In this document: one piece after another, positions 21,542-29,241 of the stretch | How positions within the stretch are numbered: position 1 is the first letter of the stretch | Layout of the letters: the number at the start of each line of letters is the position of its first letter | Source of the DNA: Candidatus Latescibacterota bacterium | GTDB lineage: Bacteria; Latescibacterota; UBA2968 | DNA length: 64,000 nt | NCBI GenBank assembly: GCA_965222605.1 | Contig: OZ244960.1 | Location: forward strand, 2,912,001-2,976,000 | Reading direction: 5' to 3' | Translations under genes and position numbers: made by a program | The notes under the pieces: model-generated | The model's input: the letters and a program-made list of their open reading frames with translations, nothing else | Database searches by the model: none | What the model was told of the DNA's origin: nothing

Positions 21542-21730
21542 ATGAAAAAATATCAAATCCCTGTGTCCAAACTGGACGATCCCGACATGCAAGCGGCACC
21601 CACCGCGCTTATGCGAGCCGCAAAACGCGCACACCTGATCGCACACCAGACCGGGACCAAAGTCGTGGTCATGCGCGATGGTAAAGTCGTGGAAATTGAA
21701 CCGGATCCGGAGATGTACAACGACATTTGA
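21542..21730 (+). CDS. Small hypothetical protein (type usually found beside zeta-toxin-like kinases)
   Basis: RAAKRAHLIAHQTGTKVVVMRDGKVVEI; a diverged second copy lies at 22990-27133. Confidence 0.65.
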   Translation: MKKYQIPVSKLDDPDMQAAPTALMRAAKRAHLIAHQTGTKVVVMRDGKVVEIEPDPEMYNDI

Positions 21731-21748
21731 ATTTGTTGGGCAATCGCG

Positions 21749-22675
21749 TCACGCCGTTGAATCTAACATGCCCTCAAAGTCATCAAGACTGGACACCTGT
21801 ATCGCCGCACGGTGCAACTGCTTGAGCTGCTGCACATCGTCAACAGCCGAAATACGAGCAGATAAGGGATGCGTCTCGCTCAGACCAAATCGAATCTCCA
21901 ACACTTCAAGGATAGCTTCGAGCGTGCTTTTTCTTTCCCCTCGCGCAATACCCTGCTCAATGCCTTCCTCAATACCTTCCTCTCTGCCTTCTTGCTTAAA
22001 GTATTGAATAAGAGATGATTCGCGGATGAGATCCATGAGACCCTCCTTCAAAATAATATCAGAAACCGTTTCAGACGCGTAAACCAACTCGCTCAAAACC
22101 GCCATGCCTGCCAGATAATTGGACTTGCGCGTCCGTTCTATGCGGCGCGTCCGAGCCGTGTGAATACACTGATGCAACCACGCTTCTGAGGCCATCCCCT
22201 CAGGTGGTTTCATCAATGGCGTGAAAGGAATCAAACCCGATTGCCCCGATTCGAGGACACGCTGACCTTCTATCTCGATCAGCCGGATCACCTTGTATTG
22301 AATCACCACGCGGTAGCCGGAACGCTCCTGAACATAGTGCCCCGGGTCGGTCTTTCCCGCATTGGGACGCAGGTAAATGACGTTAGAATAGATCGGCAAA
22401 CCGTGATGCTCAATGGCGCGTCCGATATACCCTGCCATACGGCGTGGCATAGGCGGATTGGTACTATCGGTGGTTTGAAATTCATGGTGTACCAATACTT
22501 CTTCATCGCCGATTCGCACGCGGATGAAGCTGTCGCTGCGACGGGCTTCCACCGTGGTTTGCTCTGTTTCGATGACTTCAATGACCTCGACATCGTCTCG
22601 TGCGAGGGCAAAATGGGCGAAGTGGTCGGGATAGTGTTGAATGAGGTATTTGGAGATGGTGTCAATGTCTGCCAT
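21749..22675 (-). CDS. Rpn/YhgA-like recombination-promoting nuclease (PD-(D/E)xK)
   Basis: RRSD...HHEFQ...MPRRMAGY and C-terminal EGREEGIEEGIEQG repeats. Confidence 0.85.
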   Translation of the reverse strand: MADIDTISKYLIQHYPDHFAHFALARDDVEVIEVIETEQTTVEARRSDSFIRVRIGDEEVLVHHEFQTTDSTNPPMPRRMAGYIGRAIEHHGLPIYSNVIYLRPNAGKTDPGHYVQERSGYRVVIQYKVIRLIEIEGQRVLESGQSGLIPFTPLMKPPEGMASEAWLHQCIHTARTRRIERTRKSNYLAGMAVLSELVYASETVSDIILKEGLMDLIRESSLIQYFKQEGREEGIEEGIEQGIARGERKSTLEAILEVLEIRFGLSETHPLSARISAVDDVQQLKQLHRAAIQVSSLDDFEGMLDSTA

Positions 22676-23132
22676 AAGCGATGCCCTGGGTCTGAGGATT
22701 GGCGTCTTTTTAGAACACGAACAGTCAGAATTCCAGCAAACATCAGGCCAATGTCACAACATCGTGCAACAAATGGTATGGACAGCAATCAAATACCCTT
22801 ATTATGTCTTCAATATGCTGTATCGCGCCCTTTTTTTCAACTTGAATTTGTGGATTGCGTGTTTGGCGCAGAACAGCCTCTGTATATTTTGAGCGATGAA
22901 TGGGCGGTCATGTGAAAGATATGCACTATTCGCCTATATGTTCGCCGCGATGTTGCTTGTGTAACATCATTGAGTTATCTTTTGCTTTCGCACTTGTACG
23001 AGCCGCCAAACGCACACACAAAAACGCGCACCAGACCGGCACCAAAGTTGTGATCATGCGCGAGGAGACTATGTAGAATAGTGCCGAAGCGGGTAAAAAA
23101 GTGCGGGATCACGCCATAAGGATAGAGAGGGC

Positions 23133-23171
23133 AATAAAAATAGGACTTGCGCCATAAGCAAGTCCTATTTT
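23133..23171. terminator. Bidirectional intrinsic terminator inside the element end
   Basis: AAAAATAGGACTTGC-loop-GCAAGTCCTATTTTT. Confidence 0.7.
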
Positions 23172-23263
23172 TAATTACAGCTTTTTCAGGAGAAAGTTAT
23201 GGACAAAAAAAAGGCGCCAGAAATGGAACCTGACGTCCGGGATTTTGAAAAAGTTCTTGATGG

Positions 23264-23491
23264 TTATGAAGATTGGCGCCGGCGAAAGGTGCGTCTTTGT
23301 TCAAGCCGAATTTCGAGATCAGCGATCATAGAAGTGGCCACCCCTGCCGCGAACATTACAATCGCCCTTGCTTGATGTTCGTTGAATTGAGATTGGATTA
23401 CGAAGCCTTTGAGTATATCCAAATTCACGTCAAAGGACGGATACCGATATTTAATAAATTCCATCAAATCATCAAATTCTTTGTCGGTCAT
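23264..23491 (-). CDS. Hypothetical 75-aa cargo protein
   Basis: Strong GGGAGG RBS, own predicted promoter and leader terminator. Confidence 0.6.
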   Translation of the reverse strand: MTDKEFDDLMEFIKYRYPSFDVNLDILKGFVIQSQFNEHQARAIVMFAAGVATSMIADLEIRLEQRRTFRRRQSS

Positions 23492-23506
23492 TTCAACGTC
23501 CTCCCA

Positions 23507-23620
23507 TAAAAAAAGCGCAGATTACCCATGATTGCGAGTAACCTGCGTTTTGTGTTGTGTGGTACTTTGTGAGATACCCCTGTGCCCTGACAAAGTAAGG
23601 CAGGAGTCGGGCGTTGTCAA
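23507..23620 (-). promoter_or_regulatory. Sigma70-like promoter with leader terminator hairpin
   Basis: TTGACA (23620-23615) - 17 bp - TACTTT (23597-23592); hairpin plus U-tract at about 23553-23507 immediately before the RBS. Confidence 0.6.
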
Positions 23621-23661
23621 CCCAAAAAAAGGTTCGATTACAAGTTTTTACAAAAAGTCTA

Positions 23662-23805
23662 TTGATTTAACAATAGTATCAACCTATCTTATATACTGTC
23701 ACCAGCTACTGTTGCGATAGAATATGAGATTAAAAGCCTTGACGGACATCCTTACTGGATTCAAAGCCCAGTAGTTTGGTGACAGCCGTCAAGGCTTTTT
23801 TGTTT
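23662..23805 (+). promoter_or_regulatory. Sigma70-like promoter with two-state attenuator-like leader
   Basis: TTGATT - 17 bp - TATCTT; terminator stem AAAAGCCTTGACGG (23732-45) / CCGTCAAGGCTTTT (23786-99); 5' CTGTCACCAGCTACTG (23696-711) is complementary to 23769-85. Confidence 0.6.
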
Positions 23806-23821
23806 TGGGAGGGTATTTGTA

Positions 23822-24001
23822 ATGCAGAGGAATCCACACAAGTGCTACGAACATCGGGACAAAGAGCACCCAGATGTAGTCAACTTAGTCTCGATGTTGG
23901 CGAAATTGCGGAGTTATGGCGGCGGAGATGCTTATTACAGGTGTCCCTATTGTGCGTACTTGAAAGGATTTGAGGATGGCCGCAAAGAGAATGCGACGTA
24001 A
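23822..24001 (+). CDS. 59-aa putative zinc-binding protein (below the ORF-track cutoff)
   Basis: GGGAGG RBS; MQRNPHKCYEH...RCPYCAYLKGFEDGRKENAT. Confidence 0.6.
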   Translation: MQRNPHKCYEHRDKEHPDVVNLVSMLAKLRSYGGGDAYYRCPYCAYLKGFEDGRKENAT

Positions 24002-24265
24002 AACGCCGTGCTAATGGTTGGAGGACCACCGCGCGGCATCGGTTGGTAGGAGAGCCGGGGGTTGTTGTCTGAATAAGTGATTGCGAGCACTGTCAGAGCA
24101 ACGTCCCCCCGGCGATCCCGCCGGAACATGCACACACAGAAAAGGACTTTCTATGATTGATATTCACAGCGGGTAAATGAATTATCGAATAGAGATGTGG
24201 CGTAAAGAGGAACGTATAAACAACAAGGTGATGCAAACTTTGTCAACCCATATTTGGAGAAAGCT

Positions 24266-25153
24266 ATGCAGAAATTCGTTCTGATATTGTGCATTTTAAT
24301 AGTGGGCTGTGCGAAAGTGCCACTGCCTACACAGCCGGAGCAGAGAGAAAACACGACGCCTAATCCGTTGGCCGTTCAGGAATACGAACCGCCCATTCCA
24401 GAAAAAGAACCTTTTAACATTACGATTAAAGGGCTTGAACCCTACCACATGGCCACTTATGGCCTATTCGCGAGGGCGGCGGCAGACAAGTGGGAAAAGA
24501 TTATTGTCGAAGGGTTGCCCGATGTGGGAGAGATTGACGATGTGGTCATAGAATTTCAATGGGGCGGTACAGTTAAAAACTATCTCGCATCAGCACGCCC
24601 TTCCTTACAGCATTTGAGACACGGGAGCGGGCTGCCGTGTTACGGTGTCATAACGCTATACGACCCCATAGATGGATATATCAACAATTATGCTGATTTA
24701 AAAAACAGTGATATAACAAAAATCATCTTCCACGAAATGGGACATATTCTGGGGTTTGATTTGTGGACGCTGACTTACGGCGGACAAGGTGACAAGATAG
24801 AAAGTATTAATGGGGCGCAGTATTTCACGGGAGGAACGGCGATAGACGCCTACCGGGAAGCCCTTTATCAACAGGGCGAAAAATTGGCATACGCGATTCC
24901 CGACCTGCGCCTTCCTATTGAACCCGACGCTTTCCACTGGCGATACCCCGCACTTAAATGGGATGTTATGGCTCCGTTCTTTCACACAGACAACGTGGTG
25001 ACCAAAGTGACAATATGTGCATTAGACGATATGGGCTACACAGTAGATTTGTCGCAGGCTGAGGATCCAAAACCATCTCGGCTTACCAAACCCGCGATTG
25101 GCCGCCCAATTTTCAGGTGTGACGACAACGCCATATACGGGGTGGAGCCATGA
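24266..25153 (+). CDS. Lipoprotein zinc metallopeptidase, leishmanolysin (M8)-like
   Basis: Lipobox LIVGC, HEMGHILGF, distal HW and Met-turn DVM, 'ALDDMGYTV'. Confidence 0.75.
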   Translation: MQKFVLILCILIVGCAKVPLPTQPEQRENTTPNPLAVQEYEPPIPEKEPFNITIKGLEPYHMATYGLFARAAADKWEKIIVEGLPDVGEIDDVVIEFQWGGTVKNYLASARPSLQHLRHGSGLPCYGVITLYDPIDGYINNYADLKNSDITKIIFHEMGHILGFDLWTLTYGGQGDKIESINGAQYFTGGTAIDAYREALYQQGEKLAYAIPDLRLPIEPDAFHWRYPALKWDVMAPFFHTDNVVTKVTICALDDMGYTVDLSQAEDPKPSRLTKPAIGRPIFRCDDNAIYGVEP

Positions 25154-25407
25154 TAGACGAAAAAAAATTGATAGACATTTCTTATGATTATAATGACTGG
25201 ATAGAAGGGGAAGCGTGGAAAAAGATAGAGAAAGAGTTTGGCGTAGAAATTTGGACACTCATAGAACGAGAAGTAAATTTGAAGATAGACTCTTTTATTA
25301 AGACTGAGCTATTAAAGAGAGACCGCACGATCTACGCCCACAGCACTGTTTTCCTTCTAATTGCTGTTGCTCTGACAATTGCTATTTGTTTTTTCTTTTG
25401 GGGATAA
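25150..25407 (+). CDS. Small membrane-anchored hypothetical protein
   Basis: ATGA overlap with the peptidase; C-terminal hydrophobic helix. Confidence 0.55.
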   Translation: MIDEKKLIDISYDYNDWIEGEAWKKIEKEFGVEIWTLIEREVNLKIDSFIKTELLKRDRTIYAHSTVFLLIAVALTIAICFFFWG

Positions 25408-25522
25408 GTGATTTTGGGTTGCATTCCCCCATGCGATTGGTTAAATTAAAAAGGCCGTGTCTATTGCCAGACACGGCCTTCGCTACGAATCACCACTTCC
25501 TCCATAGAAAGAAGGTGTTAAT

Positions 25523-25690
25523 ATGAAAATACGCAAAGATACCAGACAGGTCAAGCCCGGAGACTATGACATTGTATTGAACGCTCCGAAGAAGAAGAAA
25601 GACTGGCGATTGCGAGGGATTAAACAACCGAAGGGCGATTGGCGCATCGCAGGACTTCGTAAAAATAGAAAGGAGAGAGCAAATGTATAA
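25523..25690 (+). CDS. 55-aa basic hypothetical protein
   Basis: GAAGG RBS; internal repeat DWRLRG/DWRIAG; overlaps the next ORF start. Confidence 0.4.
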   Translation: MKIRKDTRQVKPGDYDIVLNAPKKKKDWRLRGIKQPKGDWRIAGLRKNRKERANV

Positions 25691-25880
25691 ATGTTTTTCA
25701 TGTAGTAATTTGGAAAGTCTTGAAAAACGCCTTAATGAATACTCGGAAGAAGGGTACCACGTTCTTGAGATATTCCAAATGCCAACAGAGTCACGCTCGC
25801 AGATAACATTTGCCGTCGTGATGTTCCAAGACAAATCCAGCGATAAGACTGGCGGAGCCAGTTACACTACTGATAAGTGA
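25683..25880 (+). CDS. 65-aa hypothetical protein (DUF4177-like pattern)
   Basis: AGGAG RBS; 'LEKRLNEYSEEGYHV' pattern. Confidence 0.5.
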   Translation: MYKCFSCSNLESLEKRLNEYSEEGYHVLEIFQMPTESRSQITFAVVMFQDKSSDKTGGASYTTDK

Positions 25881-26820
25881 TCGGCACGGGCGCAACCAAA
25901 TCCCGATAACGCAGCCTTTTCCCTTCAAATCCTTGCACGATCAGTTTCATCTGGTCGATGGTATCACGCGGTCGGATGTTCTGGCGTGTGACAAATTCGA
26001 GAACATATCTCTCCAAATGTTTTCGGCTGACGTAGTGGTACACGCCCATAATGGCGCGTTTTATCATCGACCAGAAAGATTCGATGCCGTTGGTGGAGCA
26101 CTCCCCGCGCACATATTCGCCCCGTGAATGACTGACCCATTCGTGGGGGTAGTCCATCCCCCTGTATTCATAAGCACCGTCGGTATAGACGGTGGCCCCA
26201 TCCTCTACGTGCTCGGAAATAAAGCCTTTGAGCGTTTCTTCGTCTGCCTGGTCAATAACGGTTGCGGAGACTTGTTTTGTCTCCCGCTCTTTCATACCGA
26301 CAACGCCCATTTTCCCGTCTCGCCAGTTCTCATGCAGCTTCTTCTTTGCGTGTTTGTTGGCTTCCTTTCCCCCGATATACGTTTCATCGACTTCTACCGG
26401 CCCGCCAAACAGGGTTTTTTTCCCGGAGAATGATTCGCGTATCCTGTGCATCAAGAACCACGCCGTTCTTTGTGTGACATTCAGATCGCGGTGCATCTTG
26501 AGAGAGGAAACCCCCTTCAAAGATGTATCGAACAGATACAGGGCGATTATCCATATCTGATAACCGAGATTTGAGGATTCCATCATCGTACCCAGCTTCA
26601 CCGAAAAGCGTTTGTCGCAATCTCGGCAGCGGTGGGGCATACTCGCGTGTGCGGCATGCTCGTTCACGTTGACACTTCCACAGCGCGGACACGCCATACC
26701 ATCAGGCCAGCGTGTGTGAATGAACCACTTTTCGGCACTCTCATCATCGGGGAACATCTTGAACAACTGAATCAGAGAGATACCTTCACGTTCAAACCTA
26801 CCTGGTGCGTTGTTAGCCAT
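25867..26820 (-). CDS. IS1595-family DDE transposase
   Basis: Zn ribbon RWPDGMACPRCGS...CRDC, VEVDETYIGG, VYTDG, TNGIESFW, YVLEF; GAGG RBS before ATG 26820. Confidence 0.95.
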   Translation of the reverse strand: MANNAPGRFEREGISLIQLFKMFPDDESAEKWFIHTRWPDGMACPRCGSVNVNEHAAHASMPHRCRDCDKRFSVKLGTMMESSNLGYQIWIIALYLFDTSLKGVSSLKMHRDLNVTQRTAWFLMHRIRESFSGKKTLFGGPVEVDETYIGGKEANKHAKKKLHENWRDGKMGVVGMKERETKQVSATVIDQADEETLKGFISEHVEDGATVYTDGAYEYRGMDYPHEWVSHSRGEYVRGECSTNGIESFWSMIKRAIMGVYHYVSRKHLERYVLEFVTRQNIRPRDTIDQMKLIVQGFEGKRLRYRDLVAPVPITYQ

Positions 26821-26877
26821 GGGCACACCTCATAGCTTTGCCTTGACTTTTGGCTCAACACACCTTATTTTTGTTTT

Positions 26878-26966
26878 ATCGGGGAAGGAACTTATGTCTG
26901 CAATGACCAATTCCCTTTAGGGGCTTACGTTTTTGGCGAAACGTAAGCCTTCTTTTTATCCCCATA
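26878..26966 (+). ncRNA. Putative small RNA antisense to the transposase leader
   Basis: TTGACT - 17 bp - TATTTT promoter (26843-71); hairpin GGCTTACGTTT/AAACGTAAGCC plus U-tract; opposes a minus-strand promoter TTGATT - 17 bp - TATCTT (27023-26995). Confidence 0.4.
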
Positions 26967-27144
26967 AAAAAATAAGGGGTTACGAATTACTATTAAGATA
27001 ACTCTGCAACCCCTTGAAATCAAGTGATTTTATGCTCATTTGAGCACTGTTTTTTTCGGCACTATTCTACATAGTCTCCATGCGCGATGGCAAAGTCGTG
27101 GAAATTGATCCAGAGATGTACAACGACATTTGAGGTAGAGTATA

Positions 27145-27290
27145 TCTGCCCATATAGATGTGCAGAGGTGGCACGATTTCACATGATTCGCTACATTTAT
27201 TGTATAGTGGTATTTCAAAGAAATCTTCGGGCTGAATGGGATTGGGAGAAATGAACTCTGAACATTTTGTGATAGATACCAACTGTTTCA
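27145..27290 (+). pseudogene. Deleted copy of the 41570-41904 antitoxin/PIN module
   Basis: Two blocks similar to 41570-41623 and about 41837-41899; PIN stub MNSEHFVIDTN from 27251. Confidence 0.7.
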
Positions 27291-27348
27291 GTCTGCGCTT
27301 CAACGATCTTCTGGCAGAATTGTTGCCTCGTGGAAAAAAGGAGGATAT

Positions 27349-27837
27349 ATGAAAACTCAACAATTGAAAGTCTGGAGGTGGACATCAACAGGATTTCGAA
27401 CAGCAGATGGTGCTTCGGTTATCGCAGAAGGGCAAACTTATGCGACATCGGCGGGGTGGCGTTTTGAAAACCGATCTGAAATGATTGTAGCAATAAAAGA
27501 AGGATTGCCAGTAGCGACATTTGACGCATTAAAAAATGCTATGGGTATTTCTGAACAAGCTCTGGCTACTGTAACTAAAATTGCTGTACAGACACTGACA
27601 CGCCGAAAAAAAGAGGGACGATTGCATATCGATGAATCGGAACGACTGTTGCGTATTGGTATGCTGTATGATCGGGCTGTAGAGGTTTTGGGAGGACAGG
27701 AAGTTGCTCGTCAATGGTTTGCAACGCCATTAACTGCTCTTGGCAGCATTTCTCCACTGGATTATGCAGATACAGAACCAGGTGCTCGAGAAGTTGAAGA
27801 CCTTTTGGGACGCATTGAGTACGGGGTATTTTCATGA
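27349..27837 (+). CDS. Xre/MbcA/ParS-family antitoxin (DUF2384)
   Basis: TLTRRKKEGRL..DESERLLR, ARQWF..P..ALG, GAREVEDLLGRIEYGVFS. Confidence 0.9.
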   Translation: MKTQQLKVWRWTSTGFRTADGASVIAEGQTYATSAGWRFENRSEMIVAIKEGLPVATFDALKNAMGISEQALATVTKIAVQTLTRRKKEGRLHIDESERLLRIGMLYDRAVEVLGGQEVARQWFATPLTALGSISPLDYADTEPGAREVEDLLGRIEYGVFS

Positions 27838-27875
27838 TGCTGACAGCCTGGCGAATTGTGCAGGCACATCAAACC
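27834..27875 (+). pseudogene. RES toxin stub
   Basis: ATGA-coupled MMLTAWRIVQAH, then similarity is lost. Confidence 0.6.
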
Positions 27876-28038
27876 ACCGCTGAACCCCTGGTAAGGGGAT
27901 TATCACATCGTCCCACATTCCGCAAAACTACATTACTGATCACTCTGAAAAACTCGCGCCACTGGTGCGAGAAATAGGTTAGTTGCATAAGAGAATCAAT
28001 GTGATGAACTTGCAGAAGAATTTTAGAGGGCAGGGAAT

Positions 28039-29241
28039 ATGAGTTGGCAAGAACTTACATTTGGTAACTTCGCAGAAATCCAACCGCAGGTGAAACTCGA
28101 GAAGGGCACTGCCTATTCATTTATTGGAATGGCCGATGTTCTGCCTCACACAAAGAATGTTATTCCAGGTAGCACACGAACTTGGAAGGGTAGTGGCGGC
28201 TCTAAATTCGAGAACGGAGACATAATTTTTGCTCGCATTACCCCATGTTTAGAACACGGAAAGACTGCAAAAGTTAGCAATCTTACCGATTCTAAAGGTT
28301 TTGGTTCTACAGAGTTCTTTGTCTTTCGTGATCGGGAAGGCATATCCGACCCAGACTACATTTACTATTTAGCTCGTTCGCCTGTGATTCGAGAGCCAGC
28401 AATTAAAAGCATGACTGGAGCCTCTGGAAGACAGCGAGCACAAAAAATAGTCGTCGAGAACACGAGCATCCGAGTACCGGAAATCCAAGAGCAACGCCGC
28501 ATCGCCTCCATCCTCTCCGCATACGACAACCTGATCGAAAACAACCAGCGGCGGATTCAATTGCTGGAACAGTCGGCGCAGCTACTCTACAAGGAGTGGT
28601 TCGTCCACCTTCGCTTCCCCGGCCATGAACACGTCACCATAACCGATGGCGTCCCGGAAGGGTGGGAGAGAAAGACGATTGCCGAGGTGTGCGAAACTGT
28701 CGGTGGGGGCACTCCGTCAACTAAAGTATCGGAATATTGGGGCGGTGATGTGACATGGATCGTTCCCACCGATGTGACGAAAAACGACTGCCTGATCCTA
28801 CTTGACTCGGAACGCAAAATTACCGAGAAGGGGCTTCGTGAATCGTCCGCCAAAATGGTACCAGCTAACACCATTCTGATGACAAGCCGCGCATCTGTGG
28901 GATTTTTCGCGCTTATGGATATTGCAGTCTGCACGAATCAGGGATTTATCAATATCATTCCTCATGATGAGGAAATGAGAATGTACCTGCTTTTTAACCT
29001 TATGAGCCGGGTCGCCGAGATTCGTAGTAACGCGAAGGGCACAACCTATCCTGAGATAAGCAAAGGACGATTTCGGCAGATGGATATTGTGATTCCGACA
29101 AGAAATCTCGTCGTTGACTTTGCCAAAACCGTCTGCGATATTATGCAACAAGTGCGCTACCTGAAGCATTCAACGCTCAAACTCACCCAAGCCCGCGACC
29201 TGTTTCTGCCGCGGTTGATGAATGGGGAGATTTCAGTATGA
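28039..29241 (+). CDS. hsdS: Type I RM specificity subunit
   Basis: Two TRDs, EQRRIASILSAYDNLIENN central spacer, QARDLFLPRLMNGEI tail. Confidence 0.95.
   Translation: MSWQELTFGNFAEIQPQVKLEKGTAYSFIGMADVLPHTKNVIPGSTRTWKGSGGSKFENGDIIFARITPCLEHGKTAKVSNLTDSKGFGSTEFFVFRDREGISDPDYIYYLARSPVIREPAIKSMTGASGRQRAQKIVVENTSIRVPEIQEQRRIASILSAYDNLIENNQRRIQLLEQSAQLLYKEWFVHLRFPGHEHVTITDGVPEGWERKTIAEVCETVGGGTPSTKVSEYWGGDVTWIVPTDVTKNDCLILLDSERKITEKGLRESSAKMVPANTILMTSRASVGFFALMDIAVCTNQGFINIIPHDEEMRMYLLFNLMSRVAEIRSNAKGTTYPEISKGRFRQMDIVIPTRNLVVDFAKTVCDIMQQVRYLKHSTLKLTQARDLFLPRLMNGEISV

Larger units (their letters stand above)
23064..27079 (-). mobile_element. IS1595-family cargo transposon (4016 bp)
   Basis: Perfect 25-bp TIRs GGAGACTATGTAGAATAGTGCCGAA (23064-23088 and 27055-27079); 8-bp TSD ATGCGCGA (23056-23063 and 27080-27087); IS1595 transposase inside. 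Confidence 0.95.
22990..27133 (+). pseudogene. Second, 5'-truncated copy of the 21542 small gene, interrupted by the IS1595-family element
   Basis: ALVRAAKRTHKNAHQTGTKVVIMR | DGKVVEIDPEMYNDI rejoins exactly once the element and one TSD copy are removed. Confidence 0.85.

Noticed and set aside
23199-23375. 58-aa plus ORF with AGGAG RBS
   Set aside because: Overlaps the better-supported minus 75-aa ORF in antisense; cannot be supported without homology data
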